Assembly (NCBI GenBank): GCA_963764025.1
Contig: CAVXRK010000003.1
Coordinates: 304,561-368,560 of the forward strand
DNA length: 64,000 nt
Origin: an uncultured Acidobacteriota bacterium
GTDB lineage: Bacteria; Acidobacteriota; Thermoanaerobaculia; UBA5066; Gp7-AA6
Direction: 5' to 3'
The notes under the pieces were generated by a model. That model made no database searches and was not told the origin of the DNA. It saw only the letters and a program-made list of their open reading frames with translations. Both the position numbers and the translations under genes were made by a program. Shown here one piece after another: positions 51,097-59,978 of this stretch (the first letter of the stretch is position 1; each line of letters begins with the position of its first letter).

Positions 51097-51336
51097 GTGG
51101 CCGACCGCAAGGACAAGGTGGCGGAAAACGCCGCCGGAAAGTACTACGTGGACGCGCAGTGCATCGACTGCGACGTCTGCCGCGTCACGGCGCCGACCTG
51201 CTTTCAGCGCAACGAGGACCGGGGCTACTCCTACGTGTTCCGCCAGCCCGAGACCCCGGAAGAGGACGCCCGCTGCCAGGAGGCCATGGACTCCTGCCCG
51301 GTCGAGGCCATCGGCCGCGACGGCGGGGAAGGCTAG
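51097..51336 (+). CDS. Ferredoxin (single cluster)
   Basis: 'YYVDAQCIDCDVCR...APTCF...SCPVEAIG'. Confidence 0.9.
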   Translation: MADRKDKVAENAAGKYYVDAQCIDCDVCRVTAPTCFQRNEDRGYSYVFRQPETPEEDARCQEAMDSCPVEAIGRDGGEG

Positions 51337-51351
51337 GTCCGAGAGCGTCGA

Positions 51352-52320
51352 TCAGCGGGGGGCACGGTCCTCCGGCGGCAGGCCTCGGAAATACCCGATC
51401 GTCCGCTCCAGGCCCTCGTCGAGCCCGACACGCGGTTCCCAGCCGAGCCTGGTCCGGGCCTTCGTGATGTCCGGCTGCCGGACTTTCGGGTCGTCGACGG
51501 GGAGCGGCTGGAAGACGATCTCGCTCCGGGTGCCGGTGAGCTTCCGGATGGTCTTTGCGAAGTCGAGCACCGAGAGCTCGGCCGGATTCCCGATGTTGAC
51601 GGGCTCGACGACGTCCGACAGGAGCAGCCGGTAGATGCCGTCGATGAGGTCCTCGACGTAGCAGAAGGACCGCGTCTGCGAGCCGTCGCCGAACACCGTC
51701 AGGGGCTCGCCGGCCAGCGCCTGGCAGATCAGCGCGGGCACGACGCGGCCGTCGTGAGGACGCATCCGCGCGCCGTAGGTGTTGAAGATTCGGGCGATGC
51801 GGGTCGACACGCCGTGGGCGCGATGGTAGGCCATCGTGATCGCCTCGGCGAAGCGCTTGGCTTCGTCGTAGACGCCGCGGGGGCCGATCGGGTTGACGTT
51901 GCCCCAGTAGGTCTCGGGCTGCGGGTGCACGAGCGGGTCGCCGTAGACCTCGGACGTCGAGGCCAGGAGGAAACGCGACGATTTGGCGAGCGCCAGGCCC
52001 AGGGCGTTGTGCGTGCCGAGAGAGCCGACCTTGAGCGTCTTGATGGGGTGCTCGAGGTAGTCGATCGGGGAGGCGGGCGACGCGAAGTGCATCACCGCGT
52101 CGACGGGGCCGTCCACGAAGATGTACTCGGCCACGTTGTGGCGGACGAACCGAAATCGCCGTTGCTCCTCGAGGTGCGCCAGGTTGCGCATGTTGCCCGT
52201 CAGGAGGTTGTCCATGGCGATGACTTCGTGGCCTTCCGCCAGAAGCCGGTCGCACAGATGGCTGCCCAGGAACCCCGCTCCGCCCGTCACCAGGATGCGC
52301 ATGCCGCCGCCTTTCATCAT
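51352..52320 (-). CDS. UDP-glucuronate decarboxylase (UDP-xylose synthase family)
   Basis: '[13 protein letters not shown]', 'ASPASP', 'STSEVYGDP', 'YDEAKR', 'DGRVV', '[10 protein letters not shown]'. Confidence 0.93.
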   Translation of the reverse strand: MMKGGGMRILVTGGAGFLGSHLCDRLLAEGHEVIAMDNLLTGNMRNLAHLEEQRRFRFVRHNVAEYIFVDGPVDAVMHFASPASPIDYLEHPIKTLKVGSLGTHNALGLALAKSSRFLLASTSEVYGDPLVHPQPETYWGNVNPIGPRGVYDEAKRFAEAITMAYHRAHGVSTRIARIFNTYGARMRPHDGRVVPALICQALAGEPLTVFGDGSQTRSFCYVEDLIDGIYRLLLSDVVEPVNIGNPAELSVLDFAKTIRKLTGTRSEIVFQPLPVDDPKVRQPDITKARTRLGWEPRVGLDEGLERTIGYFRGLPPEDRAPR

Positions 52321-53615
52321 CCCCGGCCGACCCCCGCGTACGTCCAGCCGAGGCGCCGCATCTCGTCGGGCTCGTAGACGTTGCGAAGATCGATCATCGT
52401 CGTCGACCGGAGACCGGCCTTCAGCCGCTCGAGGTCGAGCTTCCGGAACGCATTCCACTCGGTGGCGAGGACGATGAAGTCGGCGCCGGCCGCGCAGTCG
52501 TAGGCGTCCTCCGCGTAGTGCACGTCCGGGTGCACGGCCCGGGCGTTGTCCATCGCCGCCGGATCGAAGGCCCGCACCTTGACGCCCGCTTTCTTGAGGT
52601 CCGCCACCACCGCGAGGGCCGGCGACTCGCGGATGTCGTCGGTCTCGGGCTTGAACGACAGGCCGAGAACGGCGGCGGTCTTGCCGGCGAGCGGGCCCGC
52701 CGCGCCCGCGATCTTCTGGATCATCCGGGCCTTCGTCTTGTCGTTGGCCCGCATCGCCGCCTCGATGATCTCGAAGGTGTAGCCGTTCTGGCGCGCCAGG
52801 TCGGCCGCGGCGGCCGTGTCCTTCGGAAAGCACGAGCCGCCGAATCCTGGGCCCGGGTGCAGGAACTTGCCGCCGATGCGTTTGTCGAGCCCCATCCCGC
52901 GCGCCACCGAGTGGACGTCGGCGCCCATGAGCTCGCACATCCGGGCGATCTCGTTGATGAAGGAGATCTTCACGGCCAGGAAGCCGTTGGACGCGTACTT
53001 GATCAGCTCCGCCGAGGCGACGTCCGTGATCACGAACGGCGTCTCGATCAGGAAGAGCGGGCTGTAGATCTCCTTCAGGATCTCGATGGCGCGCGCGTCG
53101 CCGGCGCCGATGACGACGCGGTCGGGCCGAAGGAAGTCGGCGACGGCCGAGCCCTCGCGCAGGAACTCGGGGTTGGACGCGACCGAAAACTCGTGGCGGT
53201 GGTTGGCGTCGCCGATGATCTGCTCGATCATCCGGCCGGTGCCGGTCGGCACCGTCGACTTTGTCACCACGACCTTGTAGCCGTTCATGTGCTCGGCGAT
53301 CGTCTCGGCGACCTGGCGGACGAAAGTCAGGTCGGGCGAGCCGTCGGCCTTCGGCGGCGTCCCCACGGCGATGAAGATCGCGAGCGCCTCCTCGATGGCG
53401 GTCTTCAGGTCCGTGGTGAAGCGCAGGCGCCCGGCGCGCTCGTTGCGGGCGATGACCTCCTCGAGGCCCGGCTCGTAGATCGGGATCTGCCCCCGCTGGA
53501 GCGCGGCGATCTTGTCCGCGTCCTTGTCGACGCAGACGACGTCCATGCCGAAATCCGCGAGACACGCTCCCGTCACCAGCCCGACGTACCCCGTCCCGAT
53601 CATGCAGATGTTCAT
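52317..53615 (-). CDS. ugd: UDP-glucose 6-dehydrogenase
   Basis: 'GTGYVGL', 'KSTVP', 'NPEFLREG', '[10 protein letters not shown]', '[12 protein letters not shown]'. Confidence 0.95.
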   Translation of the reverse strand: MNICMIGTGYVGLVTGACLADFGMDVVCVDKDADKIAALQRGQIPIYEPGLEEVIARNERAGRLRFTTDLKTAIEEALAIFIAVGTPPKADGSPDLTFVRQVAETIAEHMNGYKVVVTKSTVPTGTGRMIEQIIGDANHRHEFSVASNPEFLREGSAVADFLRPDRVVIGAGDARAIEILKEIYSPLFLIETPFVITDVASAELIKYASNGFLAVKISFINEIARMCELMGADVHSVARGMGLDKRIGGKFLHPGPGFGGSCFPKDTAAAADLARQNGYTFEIIEAAMRANDKTKARMIQKIAGAAGPLAGKTAAVLGLSFKPETDDIRESPALAVVADLKKAGVKVRAFDPAAMDNARAVHPDVHYAEDAYDCAAGADFIVLATEWNAFRKLDLERLKAGLRSTTMIDLRNVYEPDEMRRLGWTYAGVGRG

Positions 53616-53652
53616 AAACCCGCGACGTCTCTCCGGCTGATGGCTTTACCGT

Positions 53653-53712
53653 TTACTGCTTACTGCTTACTGCTTACTGCTTACTGCTTACTGCTTACTG
53701 CTTACTGCTTAC
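53653..53712. repeat. Perfect heptamer tandem repeat (TTACTGC)8 + TTAC
   Basis: Counted directly; overlaps the stop codon of 53695..54669. Confidence 0.97.
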
Positions 53713-54669
53713 CGGCTTCTCCGCCCGGCTCCGATGCCACTCGACCGACCGCCGCAATCCCTCCGCGAGCGGCACCCGCGCCCGGAACCCCAGGAGCCGC
53801 TCCGCCTTTTCGGTCGCGGCGAAGGTCACCGGGACGTCGCCCGGCTGATCCGGCTGGCGCAGCAGCCGGGCCTTCCGGCCGGTGGCCTGCTCGAGCGCCG
53901 CGACGAGCTCGGTCAGCGTGACCGGCCGGGCGCCACCGAGGTTCACGATCTCGAAGCCGAAGTCCCGGTCGAGAGCCGCCAGGATCCCGTCGGTGATGTC
54001 GTCGATGTACGTGTAGTCGCGCCGCGAGGTCCCGTCTCCGTAGAAGGGGATGGGCTCCCCGGACTCGAGGCCGCGGATGAATCGGGCGATCGCCATCTCC
54101 GGGCGCTGCCTCGGACCGTAGACCGTGAAAAACCGGAGGGCGACCGCCGGAAGGCCGTGAAGGTGGTGCGCGGTGAAGACGTGGAGCTCGCCCGCGCGCT
54201 TGGTGGCGGCGTACGGGGAGACCGGCCGCTCGATCGGGTCCTCTTCCGAAAAGGGGAGCTTGGAATTGACGCCGTAGACCGACGAGGAGGACGCAAAGAC
54301 GAAGCGGGGCTTGCCGTGGGCGACCGCCGCGTCGAGGAGGTGGAGGGTCGCGACGCAGTTGACCTCCTCGTAGAGGACGGCCTGCGTCAGGGATGGCCGC
54401 ACGCCGGCGCGGGCCGCCAGGTGCGCCACGGCGTCGAACCGCTCCTCGGCGAAGAGGCGAAAAACGAGCGCGCGGTCGCGGATGTCGCCCTCGACCAGCC
54501 GGTAGGACGGGTGGCCGAGATGCGGCGCGACGTTCGACCGCTTGAGCGAGGGATCGTAGAAGTCGTTGAAGTCGTCGAGCGCGACGACCCGGTCGCCGCG
54601 CGCCAGCAGACGATCCACCAGGTGCGAGCCGATGAAGCCCGCACCGCCTGTCACCAGGATGCGCATCAC
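53695..54669 (-). CDS. NAD-dependent epimerase (UDP-glucuronate 4-epimerase-like)
   Basis: 'TGGAGFIGSH', 'HLAARAGVRPS', 'ASSSSVYG', 'SPYAATK', 'FFTVYGPRQRPEMA'. Confidence 0.92.
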   Translation of the reverse strand: MMRILVTGGAGFIGSHLVDRLLARGDRVVALDDFNDFYDPSLKRSNVAPHLGHPSYRLVEGDIRDRALVFRLFAEERFDAVAHLAARAGVRPSLTQAVLYEEVNCVATLHLLDAAVAHGKPRFVFASSSSVYGVNSKLPFSEEDPIERPVSPYAATKRAGELHVFTAHHLHGLPAVALRFFTVYGPRQRPEMAIARFIRGLESGEPIPFYGDGTSRRDYTYIDDITDGILAALDRDFGFEIVNLGGARPVTLTELVAALEQATGRKARLLRQPDQPGDVPVTFAATEKAERLLGFRARVPLAEGLRRSVEWHRSRAEKPVSSKQ

Positions 54670-55856
54670 CGGGAGGGTGTCGGCATCGGCTCGATCGTCC
54701 CGGCTTTCACCGCGTCGTTGTACTCCTTCTTGATCGCGGCCTTCTGGCGGTCCTTGATGAGCCAGCGCAGGATCGGAGACTGGTCGACGCCGACGACGAG
54801 CCGGTGCGCCGCGTCGAAGAGCTCGGGGTCGTTGATGAGCTTGCCGGCCGTGCCGTCGCCCTCATCGAGCTTGCGGCTGATGGAGTCGAGGTGCAGGGTG
54901 AAGCTCTGCAGGTTCTTCGAGAACTCCTTGCCGAACTGCGGGTCGTTCAGGAGGATCGGGATCGCCCCGTCGCCGTGCTCCAGGTTCTTGGCGACGGCGG
55001 CGAGCGCGGCGGCTGCGGTCGCGAGGTCGTCGACGAGCGCGTAGACCTTCTTCTTGCCCTCCGGGTCCGAGAGCAGCGCCGGGATGGCGCCGTTCCCGGT
55101 CCGGACGCCCTCGTCGATCTTCGCCAGCAGCGACTGGACCGACCGGATGGCCCCGGCGAGCGACTCGCTCGTCTCCCGGCCGTACTTCTCGTCGATGAGG
55201 AGCTTTCCGGCCAGGCCCTGGCCGTTCTCGATCTTCTTGAGGATCGCGTTGAGCGAGTGCAGCGCGTCGTTGAAGCTGTTGCCGAGTTCGGTGCTCTCGG
55301 GGCTGGACGAGGTCAGCGAGCCGAGGAGACCCTCGCCCTTCTCGGTCCGTCCGAGGATGGCCTTGAGCGACTTGGCGATCGCGCCGAGGTCGGTCAGCAG
55401 GTCCCCGCTGCCCTCGAGGAACTTCTCGATCCCGGCGCCGGGCGCCGCGGGAATCTCGCCGCCGATCGGCACCTCGGGCTCGTCGGCGCGGCCGCCCGCG
55501 AGCTCGATGTACTTGTCGCCGAGAAGGCCGCGCGTCTTGATGGCAGCGCGCGTCCCCTTGCGCAGCATGGGCGCCCACCGCCGCACGACGTCGTAGACGA
55601 CCTGCACGGTCCGGTCGGCCGGGTCGCCCGAGAGGTTGACCTCCATGACGTTGCCGACGACGACGCCGTTCAACGTGACGACGTTGCCGCCGACGAGGCC
55701 GGCCGCCGACTCGAAGTGGGTCGAGTAGGGGAACTTCTTGCGGAAGAGATTGGCCCGCTGACCGACCATGAAGACCCCGATCATGGTCGCCACGAGGGCG
55801 ATCATGACCACGAGGCCGACGCGGAAGCGCCGGCCGACCTGTGTTTCTCCAGGCAC
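54666..55856 (-). CDS. MlaD/MCE-family protein
   Basis: N-terminal TM, 'GL..G..V.LNGV.VG.V', 'GLLGDKYIEL', helical tail. Confidence 0.88.
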   Translation of the reverse strand: MPGETQVGRRFRVGLVVMIALVATMIGVFMVGQRANLFRKKFPYSTHFESAAGLVGGNVVTLNGVVVGNVMEVNLSGDPADRTVQVVYDVVRRWAPMLRKGTRAAIKTRGLLGDKYIELAGGRADEPEVPIGGEIPAAPGAGIEKFLEGSGDLLTDLGAIAKSLKAILGRTEKGEGLLGSLTSSSPESTELGNSFNDALHSLNAILKKIENGQGLAGKLLIDEKYGRETSESLAGAIRSVQSLLAKIDEGVRTGNGAIPALLSDPEGKKKVYALVDDLATAAAALAAVAKNLEHGDGAIPILLNDPQFGKEFSKNLQSFTLHLDSISRKLDEGDGTAGKLINDPELFDAAHRLVVGVDQSPILRWLIKDRQKAAIKKEYNDAVKAGTIEPMPTPSR

Positions 55857-55859
55857 GGG

Positions 55860-56696
55860 CTACGGTCCTTTCGGCGCGGGCTCGGCCTGGAAAGCGCCGG
55901 TGCCGCACGGGAAACCCATGGAGCGGAAGTACTCCAGGAGCACGGGGTGGCCGCCGCGGGCGGCCTCGTCGAAGGTCCCGATGAACTGGAACCGTCCCTG
56001 GTGAAGGAAGGCGAGCCGGTCGGCGACCGTGCGTGCGGCGACGATGTCGTGGGTGACGACGATCGACGTCGTCTCGAGCCGCACGTTGAGGTCGACGATG
56101 AGCTGGGCGATCTTCTCGGAGGAAAGCGGGTCGAGGCCGGTCGTGGGCTCGTCGTAGAGGATGATGTCCGGGTCGAGCGCGATCGAGCGGGCCAGGGCCA
56201 CGCGCTTGCGCATGCCGCCCGAGAGCTCCGACGGCATCTTGCGCTGGATCCCGGGCAGGCCCACCATCGTCAACTTCTCGGCGACGATCGCCGCGACCTG
56301 CTCGGGAGACTTCTCGGTGTGCTCCCGGACGGGAAACGCGATGTTCGCCTCCACGTCCATGGAGTCGAACAGGGCGCCGCCCTGGAAGAGCATTGCGGTG
56401 CGCCGGCGCACGGGGGACAGCTGCTCCTCCGTCAGGCCGACGACCGATTCGCCGAAGACGAGGACGTCGCCGGCGTCCGGCTGGGTCAGGCCGTTGATGT
56501 GGCGCAGGGTCACGCTCTTTCCCGTGCCGGAGGGCCCGAGGATGCAGAGGACCTCGCCGCGGCGGATCTTGAGGTTGACGCCGGCGAGGATGTCGCGGCC
56601 GGAATAGCGCTTCCAGACCTCGTGAAACTCGACGATCGTGTCGCCGAGGACGTGCGTTGCGACTTTCGGGCCGGTCGCGGCCGTGGCGGTGCTCAT
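55860..56696 (-). CDS. MlaF-like ABC ATP-binding protein
   Basis: 'GPSGTGKS', 'FQGGALFDSM', 'ELSGGMRKRVALAR', 'YDEPTTGLDP'. Confidence 0.92.
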   Translation of the reverse strand: MSTATAATGPKVATHVLGDTIVEFHEVWKRYSGRDILAGVNLKIRRGEVLCILGPSGTGKSVTLRHINGLTQPDAGDVLVFGESVVGLTEEQLSPVRRRTAMLFQGGALFDSMDVEANIAFPVREHTEKSPEQVAAIVAEKLTMVGLPGIQRKMPSELSGGMRKRVALARSIALDPDIILYDEPTTGLDPLSSEKIAQLIVDLNVRLETTSIVVTHDIVAARTVADRLAFLHQGRFQFIGTFDEAARGGHPVLLEYFRSMGFPCGTGAFQAEPAPKGP

Positions 56697-57526
56697 CAGA
56701 AGGCGAGGAAGAGCTTCGTGAGGAAGAAGTCCGAGACGAGCACGCAGATCGAGGCCAGAACGACCGTGCGGGTCGTCGCCAGGCCGACGGAAGCCGCGCC
56801 CCCCTGGGCCTGGAGCCCGTTGTAGCAGCCGATCGCGGCGATCTCGAGGCCGAAGAAAAACGTCTTGCCGAGTCCGCTGAAGATGTCGGCGATCGAGAGC
56901 TGCTGCCAGATGCTCGTGATGTAGTCCTGCGCGGTCATCTGGAGCTCGAGGACGGCGATCCCGAGGCCGCCGAGAATCCCGAGGACGTCGGCGATCGACG
57001 TCAGGACGGGCATCATGATGACCGTGGCGAGCACGCGCGGAACGACCAGGCGCCGCACGGGTGAGATCGCCATGGCCCGCAGGGCATCGACCTGCTCGGT
57101 CACGGTCATCGAGCCGAGCTCGGCGGTGATGCCGGAGCCGACGCGGCCCCCGACCATCAGCGCCGTCAACACGGGGCCGAGCTCCCGCACGAGCGAGAGC
57201 GAAACCACGCGCCCGACGAACATCTTGCCGCCGAAGGCCTCGAGCGAGTAAGCCGTCTGCAGCGCGAGGACCATGCCCGTGAAGAGCGCGGTGATCCCGG
57301 TGATCGAGACCGACTTGACGCCGAGCTCGTCCATCTGGTCGAGGAGCGCCGCACCGTAGAAGGGCCGGCTGACCATCGCGGCGAAGCTTTCGCCCAGGAG
57401 CTGGGAAAGCCCCCCGATGTACTCGACGAGCTGGGACCCCTTGCGGCCGAAACGGTCGACGAACCGCAGCCATCGGAGGTTGCGATAGAAGATCGCCGTT
57501 GCGGACTGTTGCGTGGGCTGCGCCAT
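56696..57526 (-). CDS. MlaE-family ABC permease
   Basis: 'GMVLALQ', 'RELGPVLTAL', 'AELGSMTVTEQVDAL', 'VGLATTRTVV'. Confidence 0.93.
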   Translation of the reverse strand: MAQPTQQSATAIFYRNLRWLRFVDRFGRKGSQLVEYIGGLSQLLGESFAAMVSRPFYGAALLDQMDELGVKSVSITGITALFTGMVLALQTAYSLEAFGGKMFVGRVVSLSLVRELGPVLTALMVGGRVGSGITAELGSMTVTEQVDALRAMAISPVRRLVVPRVLATVIMMPVLTSIADVLGILGGLGIAVLELQMTAQDYITSIWQQLSIADIFSGLGKTFFFGLEIAAIGCYNGLQAQGGAASVGLATTRTVVLASICVLVSDFFLTKLFLAF

Positions 57527-57611
57527 GGAGACGGGGCATTCTACGCCGTCGCTCTGCATGGTGTAAACGCCGGACGCGTCGAGAGTTGTCGCTCTGCTAC
57601 GATGCCGCGCC

Positions 57612-58361
57612 GTGCGGTTCCTCCGTTCGCTCGCGGCCTGGGTCGTCATCGCCGGCTCGACGATCCTCTGCGGCCTCCCGGCAATTCCGATGGGATTCGT
57701 GCCGCCCCGGGGAGCCTGGTCCATGTTTTTCGGGCGTGCCTGGTCGCGGATGATCCTGGGGGGGACCGGCGTCCGGGTCCGCGTGCTCCACCCCGAACGC
57801 TTCGGCCGGGGCGAGAGCTTCGTCATCGCGGCCAACCACGAGAGCTTCTACGACATCCTGGTCCTTTTTGCGCGCCTGCCGATGAAGATCTCCTTCCTCG
57901 CCAAGCGCAACCTCTTCCGGTTGCCGATTCTCGGCTGGTCCATGGCGGCCGCCGGTTTCGTGCCGGTCGACCGCGGCGAGCGGCGGCGCGGCGGCGCCGT
58001 CGTCGACGCGGCATTGAAGCGCGCCGGGAAGGGCGCCTCGCTCATCGTCTTTCCCGAGGAGACGCGGACCCGCACGGGCGAGCTCCTGCCGTTCAAGGCG
58101 GGCGCGGCGCTGCTCGCGATCCGGTCGGGCCTGCCGATCCTGCCGATCGGCATCGGCGGGACGTTCGGCATCCTGCGGCGCGGCGGATTCACGGTCACGC
58201 CTTCGGAGGTCGCGATCGCGGTCGGCGAGCCGATCCCGGTCGCCGGACTGTCGAGCCGCGAGCGCGGCGAGCTGACGGAGCGGCTGCGCGAGCGCATCGA
58301 GGCGCTGCGCGCCGAGGCGCGGGCCGCCGTGGCATACAATCCGGTCGCGGAGAAACGATGA
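57612..58361 (+). CDS. 1-acyl-sn-glycerol-3-phosphate acyltransferase (PlsC family)
   Basis: 'ANHESFYD' (HX4D), 'FPEETR', 'PFKAGA'. Confidence 0.88.
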   Translation: MRFLRSLAAWVVIAGSTILCGLPAIPMGFVPPRGAWSMFFGRAWSRMILGGTGVRVRVLHPERFGRGESFVIAANHESFYDILVLFARLPMKISFLAKRNLFRLPILGWSMAAAGFVPVDRGERRRGGAVVDAALKRAGKGASLIVFPEETRTRTGELLPFKAGAALLAIRSGLPILPIGIGGTFGILRRGGFTVTPSEVAIAVGEPIPVAGLSSRERGELTERLRERIEALRAEARAAVAYNPVAEKR

Positions 58362-59431
58362 GCACCACGGCGGAGCTGACCGAGGAGCGCGTCCTCGAAA
58401 CTTTGAAAACGGTCCGGTTCCCGGGCCTTTCGCGGGACATCGTGTCGTTCGGCTTCGTGAAGGACCTCACGGTCGGCGGCGGCAACGTGTCGTTCCGTCT
58501 CGAGATCACGACCGAGTCTCCGAAGGCGGCCGAGGAGATCCGCCGCGACGCGACCGAAAAGCTGCGGAGCCTTCCGGGCGTGCAGGCGGTCACGATCAAG
58601 GTCGACGTGAAGCCCCCGTCGGCCGCGGCTCCCCGCTCCGGGGCCCCGCCCCAGGCCGCGGGGCCTTCGATCCTCCCCGAGGTGCGCTACAAGATCGCGG
58701 TGGCGTCGGGCAAGGGGGGCGTCGGCAAGTCGACCGTGGCCGCGAACCTCGCGCTCGCGCTCGAGCGGCTCGGCCACCGGGTGGGGTTGATGGACTCGGA
58801 CATCTACGGACCGTCCCAGCAGATGATGATGGGCATCGAAGAGAAGCCCCACGTCAACGAATCGAACCAGATCGTTCCCATCGAGCGCCACGGCGTGAAG
58901 GTGATGTCCCTCGGGTTCCTCATGGACGTCGACCAGCCGGTCATCTGGCGCGGCCCCATGGTCATGAAGGCCGTCGAGCAATTCCTCCAGGACGTCGCGT
59001 GGGGCTCGCTCGACTTCCTCGTCATCGACCTGCCGCCGGGGACCGGGGACGCCCAGCTGACCCTGACCCAGAAGATCCAGCTCTCGGGCGCCGTCATCGT
59101 GACGACGCCGCAGGACGTGTCGCTCATCGACGCGCGCAAGGGGCTGGCGATGTTCCAGAAGGTCAACGTGCCGGTCCTCGGGATCGTCGAAAACATGTCG
59201 TACTTCGTCTGCCCGGGTTGCGGCCGGCGGGAGGAGATCTTCAAGCACGGGGGCGGCGAGCGCACGGCCCGCCAGCTCCAGGTGCCGTTTCTCGGGGAGA
59301 TTCCGCTGGATCCGCGGGTCACGGCCGGAGGGGACTCGGGCCGGCCCATCGTGGCCGGGGAGCCGAAATCGGCCGTCGCCGAGGCCTACATGCGGATCGC
59401 CGAGTCCGTCGCGAAATCCGTCGGCGTCTAG
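58358..59431 (+). CDS. mrp: Mrp/ApbC Fe-S carrier ATPase (DUF59 N-terminus)
   Basis: 'ASGKGGVGKST', 'DIYGPS', 'WRGPM', 'DLPPGTGD', 'ENMSYFVCPGC'. Confidence 0.95.
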   Translation: MSTTAELTEERVLETLKTVRFPGLSRDIVSFGFVKDLTVGGGNVSFRLEITTESPKAAEEIRRDATEKLRSLPGVQAVTIKVDVKPPSAAAPRSGAPPQAAGPSILPEVRYKIAVASGKGGVGKSTVAANLALALERLGHRVGLMDSDIYGPSQQMMMGIEEKPHVNESNQIVPIERHGVKVMSLGFLMDVDQPVIWRGPMVMKAVEQFLQDVAWGSLDFLVIDLPPGTGDAQLTLTQKIQLSGAVIVTTPQDVSLIDARKGLAMFQKVNVPVLGIVENMSYFVCPGCGRREEIFKHGGGERTARQLQVPFLGEIPLDPRVTAGGDSGRPIVAGEPKSAVAEAYMRIAESVAKSVGV

Positions 59432-59449
59432 GAGCCGTTTCAGGACTTC

Positions 59450-59977
59450 ATGCCCGTTTCGATCGAGCTCGCCAAGACGGACATCACGTCGATGCCGGTC
59501 GACGCGATCGTCAATGCGGCCAACGAAGCGCTGCAGCTGGGATCGGGCGTCGCCGGCGCGATCCGGCTGCGCGGCGGCCCGACGATCCAGGAAGAGTGCG
59601 ACCGGATCGGGACCTGCGCCGTGGGTCAGGCCGTCGTGACCAAGGGGGGCAAGCTCCACGCCCGCTGGGTGATCCACGCCGTCGGTCCCGTCTGGAAAGG
59701 CGGGGACTACGGCGAGGAGATGCTGCTCGCCTCGGCGGTCCTGCAGGCGCTGCGCCGGGCCGAAGACATCGGCGCCACCTCGGTCGCGATGCCCGCGCTC
59801 TCGACCGGAGTCTTCGGCTTCCCGATGCAGCGGGCGGCCGAGATCACCGTCGCCGCCGCGCGCTCGTTCGTTCCGACGGCCGAGTACGTCCAGCGGATCG
59901 TGTTCTGCCTCGTCGACGACGCCGCGTACGAGGCGTTCCGGAAGGCGCTCGACGTCGGGTCCTCCTCCCCGGGTTAG
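59450..59977 (+). CDS. Macro-domain protein (YmdB-like)
   Basis: 'DAIVNAAN', 'GSGVAGAI', 'VIHAVGP', 'STGVFGFP'. Confidence 0.92.
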   Translation: MPVSIELAKTDITSMPVDAIVNAANEALQLGSGVAGAIRLRGGPTIQEECDRIGTCAVGQAVVTKGGKLHARWVIHAVGPVWKGGDYGEEMLLASAVLQALRRAEDIGATSVAMPALSTGVFGFPMQRAAEITVAAARSFVPTAEYVQRIVFCLVDDAAYEAFRKALDVGSSSPG

Positions 59978-59978
59978 C

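Noticed and set aside
53653-53712. Possible CRISPR array
   Set aside because: Contiguous 7-mers with no spacers and no cas genes.
59450-59977. Macro domain as part of a toxin-antitoxin or anti-phage system (DarTG-like)
   Set aside because: Stand-alone YmdB-like protein in a housekeeping context with no adjacent ADP-ribosyltransferase.
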